DNA from: an uncultured Candidatus Saccharibacteria bacterium
GTDB lineage: Bacteria; Patescibacteriota; Saccharimonadia; Saccharimonadales; CAIOMD01
Reading direction: 5' to 3'
DNA length: 33,146 nt
NCBI GenBank assembly: GCA_964426305.1
Contig: CAYRPO010000002.1
Coordinates: 1 to 33,146 of the forward strand
Shown: positions 29,546-33,146 of the stretch, piece after piece
Layout: every line of letters starts with the position of its first letter
Numbering within the stretch: the stretch's first letter is position 1
Notes under the pieces: generated by a model
Told to the model about the DNA's origin: nothing
What the model saw: the letters and a program-made list of their open reading frames with translations, nothing else
Databases searched by the model: none
Translations under genes and position numbers: made by a program

Positions 29546-31123
29546 CTACAGCAGACCTATGCAGGTTGTTGCTGTCAGCATGGCGCGGAATTGCCTTGAT
29601 CGTCCAGTGACGACCGTAGCTAGTGCGCCAACGCTTTTTGCAACACCCAGCAGTCTTGCCAGATCTGCTTCCAGCTCTTCAGGATCGTCACTTGCCGCAC
29701 TCAGATACACGTCGAAGTACTCGGTGTGCCCCTTTGCTGCAAGTTCCTCTTGGCGTGCGTCGAGCGATTCGCGTCGATTTCGGGTCTTGGGTCCGAATTC
29801 GAATCCAAGCGAGTCAAGGACACTGTCAAAGATACTTGCGAACCAGCTGGTTCGCAAGTACTCGGCATTGCCGGTTGTTGACTCGCCGATCACACTGACG
29901 CTCGGCCACCTGACGCCCGAGTCCGAGAACAGGGCTGGCATGAGATTTGGCACGATGTCTCGAGGTAACTGTGTTAGTCGCACGGTTACGTGCCCTGTTT
30001 GGTCGGTGACACATGAGCTGTTGTCAGTGTAGATCCCGAACTGTGGGTGGTACAGCGGTGCCATACCTTCCGCCTCAGAGGCGATGTGCTGGTCGCGTTC
30101 CTCGCGGTACGCTTCGAGTCCGGCAACATCCCACGCTGCGCGCAGGTAATCCTCGCACTCTAGTTGATCCAAGATGTGAGGATTATGGACAGTTGCCCGC
30201 TTTAGCGCATCGCAGACATCGAGTGCCATGTCGACAATCGTTGTCCGAAGTGCTTCTCGGGGCGTGACCTCTGCCTTGCCTTTTGCCGCAGAACGCAGCA
30301 AGGGTGGACGCTGAATGGTTATGACAGCGACCATATCCACGTCGCAGCCTTCGATATTCGCTAGTGCGATTGACTCGGCTACGATTGCGCCAAGGCGTGC
30401 TCGACGAACATCTTCTTTCGAGACAAGACCCTGTTCGTACAGCTCTTCGAGCGTCTGCCCTGTCTTTGCCATGGGGACTAGAGCGGCAGGCACAAGAATG
30501 TCGGGATACGCATTCTGGTCATACGCAACTCGGATCTCCGAGGTGCTGTATGGTCGTCTACGATACCCAAAACTTACCTCGGCGGTCAGGCCGGAGTAGT
30601 TCGCAATCCGTCGTATGACACTCGCGATGACCTCTTGAGCATCGTGCATGCCCATGAGCGACATGCCAGCAATGTCGCTACCACTACTGGCAATGACGAT
30701 CGAGTCCGTGCCAGTGACGGTGTTATAGATGAGCCCAATGTCGTGCAATTTGTCGACACGAAGGGGCATTGGCACATGTCTGCGCAGTATGTCTTGACGC
30801 GGTTTCTTGCTCGGCTGCCCTGCCTCGTCAGTAGCCTTGGTCCAGTCCTCCCAAAGAGTGTCCTTCAGGTAGAGTCGAATCCACAGGCTGTAGACATACT
30901 CGCCAATGGCGTAATACCGTCTGCTCCAAAGCAGCGGCCACCACAGCCATAGTCCAATGGCAATGCCCGGAAACAAAAATGCGAATCCAAAGCGAGTCCA
31001 ACCGATCAGGTTGATCGATATGAGGACTAGTGCCATGCGGCCATCGGCGCGGTGATTGAGTTTGAACAAGTCGTAGGAGAGCCGTGTTGGCGCTTCTACG
31101 TAGGGGACAGTCTGTCCTTCCAT
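29546..31123 (-). CDS. Membrane-anchored protein, candidate VirB3-like TM + VirB4 N-terminal-domain protein
   Basis: 525 aa, SD GGAGGGTAGG. N-terminal hydrophobic hairpin MALVLISINLIGWTRFGFAFLFPGIAIGLWLWWPLLW, no P-loop. It sits immediately upstream of the ATPase. The functional call comes from architecture and synteny only. Confidence 0.45.
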   Translation of the reverse strand: MEGQTVPYVEAPTRLSYDLFKLNHRADGRMALVLISINLIGWTRFGFAFLFPGIAIGLWLWWPLLWSRRYYAIGEYVYSLWIRLYLKDTLWEDWTKATDEAGQPSKKPRQDILRRHVPMPLRVDKLHDIGLIYNTVTGTDSIVIASSGSDIAGMSLMGMHDAQEVIASVIRRIANYSGLTAEVSFGYRRRPYSTSEIRVAYDQNAYPDILVPAALVPMAKTGQTLEELYEQGLVSKEDVRRARLGAIVAESIALANIEGCDVDMVAVITIQRPPLLRSAAKGKAEVTPREALRTTIVDMALDVCDALKRATVHNPHILDQLECEDYLRAAWDVAGLEAYREERDQHIASEAEGMAPLYHPQFGIYTDNSSCVTDQTGHVTVRLTQLPRDIVPNLMPALFSDSGVRWPSVSVIGESTTGNAEYLRTSWFASIFDSVLDSLGFEFGPKTRNRRESLDARQEELAAKGHTEYFDVYLSAASDDPEELEADLARLLGVAKSVGALATVVTGRSRQFRAMLTATTCIGLL

Positions 31124-31131
31124 AGGTGCAC

Positions 31132-32217
31132 CTACCCTCCTGGTTTCTTGAATTTGCCGCCAAACCTTGAGGCAGCAGTTGCGCCCACTACCGCAACCTT
31201 TGCGACGGGGTGTGTGCTCGACGCAACCTTCATGGCTGCCATGGTAGCTCCGGCGGCTGCGACCTTCGTCCCAGCCTTAACAGATGCCTTGGCAACTTCC
31301 TTGGTCGCTTCCCTGCCGACCTCGTGTGCTGCCGCTTTACGGAAGCCACGGGCATGATTGGCATTTGTGTGCTGCTGTATGTCGACCTTATTCTTAATTG
31401 TCGACACGACTTTACCGGTCACCAGTGCGGCTACGGTGCCTTCAACCCACTTTACGCCGGAGTAGGCAACCGCAAACAGCACGAACTGCGAGATGATCGC
31501 AGCGACGTACGACATGATCGTGAATACATAGGACACGAAAAACGTACGTCCAAGCGGCATGGTGTAGATCGCGACTTGGCCCATCTCTAGGAAGAAGACA
31601 GCAAAGGGTCGACCGAACATGGTTGCGACAATGCCAAGGCTCAGAATGGCGTTTGAGAACGCCTTGCTGCGCTTGCCAAAAGCACTGATGCTGTAGGCAA
31701 GCGGACCCCAGAACCGAAACACGACGATCAGGATCTGGTAAGAGGAGATCAGCGCTGTCAGCGTTACTCCCCAGAACAAGGCAACAACCAGCCCTGTAAT
31801 CGAACCAGTTAAGCTTTGAACACCAGCGATGCCTGGCACTACTGGTGCGTCGGCCGGAGGATCATAGAAATCCATTGCTGCCGCGAAGTCATTACCAAAA
31901 GCGACCATCTCGTCTACGAGTTTGTCGAAGACTGGGATGAAAACCACGCACACGACAAAGACAAGGAATGCCTTGCCGACGCGGTCAAACTTGCGGAATG
32001 TCAGAGCCGACAAGACAACGACAAGCAGCAAGACAGTCTGGGCGTACCAAATTGCAGTGGTGTGCGCCATGCTGTACAGGTCACTCAGGTCGCCCGATGC
32101 GGTCGGTGGGTTGATGATGATCTGTTCGAACAGATCAGTCATCTTGGTGTACAGGTCGAGGAGATCGTCCTTGATTCCACCGAGTGGGTCAAGCGGGTTG
32201 AAGAACGAGGGAACCAT
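31132..32217 (-). CDS. Polytopic membrane protein, VirB6/TrbL-like, with Ala/Lys-rich C-terminal tail
   Basis: At least six hydrophobic helices. SD AGGGAGG. It sits between the pilin-like and VirB4-like genes. Tail is ...KEVAKASVKAGTKVAAAGATMAAMKVASS.... Confidence 0.5.
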   Translation of the reverse strand: MVPSFFNPLDPLGGIKDDLLDLYTKMTDLFEQIIINPPTASGDLSDLYSMAHTTAIWYAQTVLLLVVVLSALTFRKFDRVGKAFLVFVVCVVFIPVFDKLVDEMVAFGNDFAAAMDFYDPPADAPVVPGIAGVQSLTGSITGLVVALFWGVTLTALISSYQILIVVFRFWGPLAYSISAFGKRSKAFSNAILSLGIVATMFGRPFAVFFLEMGQVAIYTMPLGRTFFVSYVFTIMSYVAAIISQFVLFAVAYSGVKWVEGTVAALVTGKVVSTIKNKVDIQQHTNANHARGFRKAAAHEVGREATKEVAKASVKAGTKVAAAGATMAAMKVASSTHPVAKVAVVGATAASRFGGKFKKPGG

Positions 32218-32243
32218 GGGAACCTCCCTAAGAAGGATTGTTT

Positions 32244-32281
32244 GTAGCCCCCGTTAACTGGTGTTGGTTAACGGGGGCTAC
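32244..32281. other. Perfect 15-bp intercistronic hairpin GTAGCCCCCGTTAAC-8 nt-GTTAACGGGGGCTAC
   Basis: Lies between the stop of the 118-aa gene (32292) and the SD/ATG of the VirB6-like gene (32217). No U-tract on either strand. Confidence 0.7.
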
Positions 32282-32291
32282 GTGGTTGTGC

Positions 32292-32648
32292 CTAGCAGGG
32301 AGAGCCACCCATACCAGTCAAGCTACTCTTCAGGGTAGCGTAGATGGCCAGGAGTGCGATCAGGAAGAATGCGTACTTGAACCAGCTGGCACCCTTGCCA
32401 TTCTTCGACAAGACCACGCCGATCACGATCGAGATGAACGCAATCCAGCCGCCGTATTCCTTGAACAGGTTCTCGGCGTTGGTGAGGATGGGCTTGGCAA
32501 GATCCTTAGAGATCTCTACCCCCTCGCAATCGTCGATAGCTGCTGCGGCGCGTGGTGCAGGACCAAGCATGAGCCAAGCAACAGCAAAGCTCAGCGCAGC
32601 GATGGCCGAGTACCTAGCGGCACTCAGCCTAGTGATTACAGTGTTCAT
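32292..32648 (-). CDS. Small secreted/membrane protein, VirB2/TrbC pilin-like architecture
   Basis: SD AAAGGAG. Signal-like N-terminus ending AAAAID, followed by two hydrophobic helices (GGWIAFISIVIGVVL, YAFFLIALLAIYATL). The call comes from architecture and position only. Confidence 0.45.
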   Translation of the reverse strand: MNTVITRLSAARYSAIAALSFAVAWLMLGPAPRAAAAIDDCEGVEISKDLAKPILTNAENLFKEYGGWIAFISIVIGVVLSKNGKGASWFKYAFFLIALLAIYATLKSSLTGMGGSPC

Positions 32649-32721
32649 CAGTCGCTCCTTTGCTTACGATGAACAAGTGACGCTCAGGTGAGTATCACTA
32701 GGGGTGCTACGCAGCATGCGA

Positions 32722-33146
32722 TTACTCGCTTGCTGCGATCTCGGTCACTTCCTGCTCCATCGGCGATGCCAGCATCGTGGAAGTGTCGTCTACAGCCGCG
32801 TCTAGCGACCGCATACGTTCTTCGGCTACAGTTACCAGTCCCTGATTCAGGGATTGCAGGAATGCCAGCTTTGCCTTGTCGGGCATTGTGACGTAGTCGA
32901 CGACAGGCAGCAGCTCGTTGGACGGGTCGCGGCGTCGCTTGACCTTTTCCGGCATGAAGTAACTGTTGTACGGGATGAAGAAGATTCGTTCCTGCGGAAT
33001 GCCGAACAGACTTGAGTAGTGCTCTCGCTGCTCATTCTTGCCCGAAGCGACGACGATCAGAATGCCGTGGCATTCGATCTTGTCGCCCTGTAGGGTGCGA
33101 TAGCTGGCGATTGCTTGCTCGAGCTCGTCGATGGCCGTGAGCTTAT
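32722..33146 (-). CDS. 3' part of a hypothetical gene continuing beyond the window end (partial)
   Basis: The frame of track ORF 32722..32955 stays open upstream to nt 33144 (hand translation ...KLTAIDELEQAIASYRTLQGDKIECHGILIVVASGKNEQREHYSSLFGIPQERIFFIPYNSYFMPEKVK...). It is therefore probably longer than the 77 aa listed. Confidence 0.6.
   Translation of the reverse strand, partial: KLTAIDELEQAIASYRTLQGDKIECHGILIVVASGKNEQREHYSSLFGIPQERIFFIPYNSYFMPEKVKRRRDPSNELLPVVDYVTMPDKAKLAFLQSLNQGLVTVAEERMRSLDAAVDDTSTMLASPMEQEVTEIAASE

Noticed and set aside
1-33146. CRISPR arrays, rRNA genes, IS elements or transposases, retron/DGR reverse transcriptases
   Set aside because: I saw no regularly spaced direct repeats and no rRNA-like segments. 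No DDE/serine/tyrosine recombinase and no YxDD reverse-transcriptase motif appears in any listed translation.

Overview
Gene-dense 33.1-kb chromosomal window: about 33 protein genes and 1 tRNA. I saw no rRNA, CRISPR array, transposase or integrase. The backbone encodes ordinary maintenance functions: xth, smpB, rsmG, a DEAD-box RNA helicase, a UvrD-type helicase-nuclease, a Crp/Fnr regulator, a MIP channel, GT2 and clan GH-A enzymes, a secreted nuclease and an LPXTG/PKD surface protein. Tiny intergenic gaps, many apparently leaderless genes, a sortase substrate and minimal Gram-positive-style type IV secretion genes would suit a reduced-genome monoderm such as a Saccharibacteria/Patescibacteria-like organism. 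That placement is inference only, with no database search. Main points of interest follow. (1) A translationally coupled minus-strand operon (18727-24315) encodes GreA, a zinc-lid adenylate-kinase paralog, an embedded non-canonical tRNA-Thr(GGU)-like gene, two unknown proteins (one with a DUF2156/MprF-C-like ending), a DegT-like PLP enzyme, a P-loop kinase::GTP cyclohydrolase II fusion and a DUF84 NTPase. I read it as a candidate tRNA-dependent nucleotide/sugar modification or biosynthesis system. (2) An unannotated 51-codon Trp/Arg-rich ORF has its own promoter, SD and terminator inside a small G+C-rich insert. (3) A G+C-richer T4SS-like module has VirB4 apparently split by a highly structured 192-nt spacer, and a hairpin cluster lies at the operon end. 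(4) A perfect TGTGA-N6-TCACA site sits at class-II distance downstream of the Crp/Fnr gene. (5) Backbone genes tend to have extended -10 promoters and no leader, whereas G+C-rich genes have strong SD sites. All functional calls rest on motifs read by eye from the supplied translations. No homology search, RNA folding or tRNA scanning software was run.
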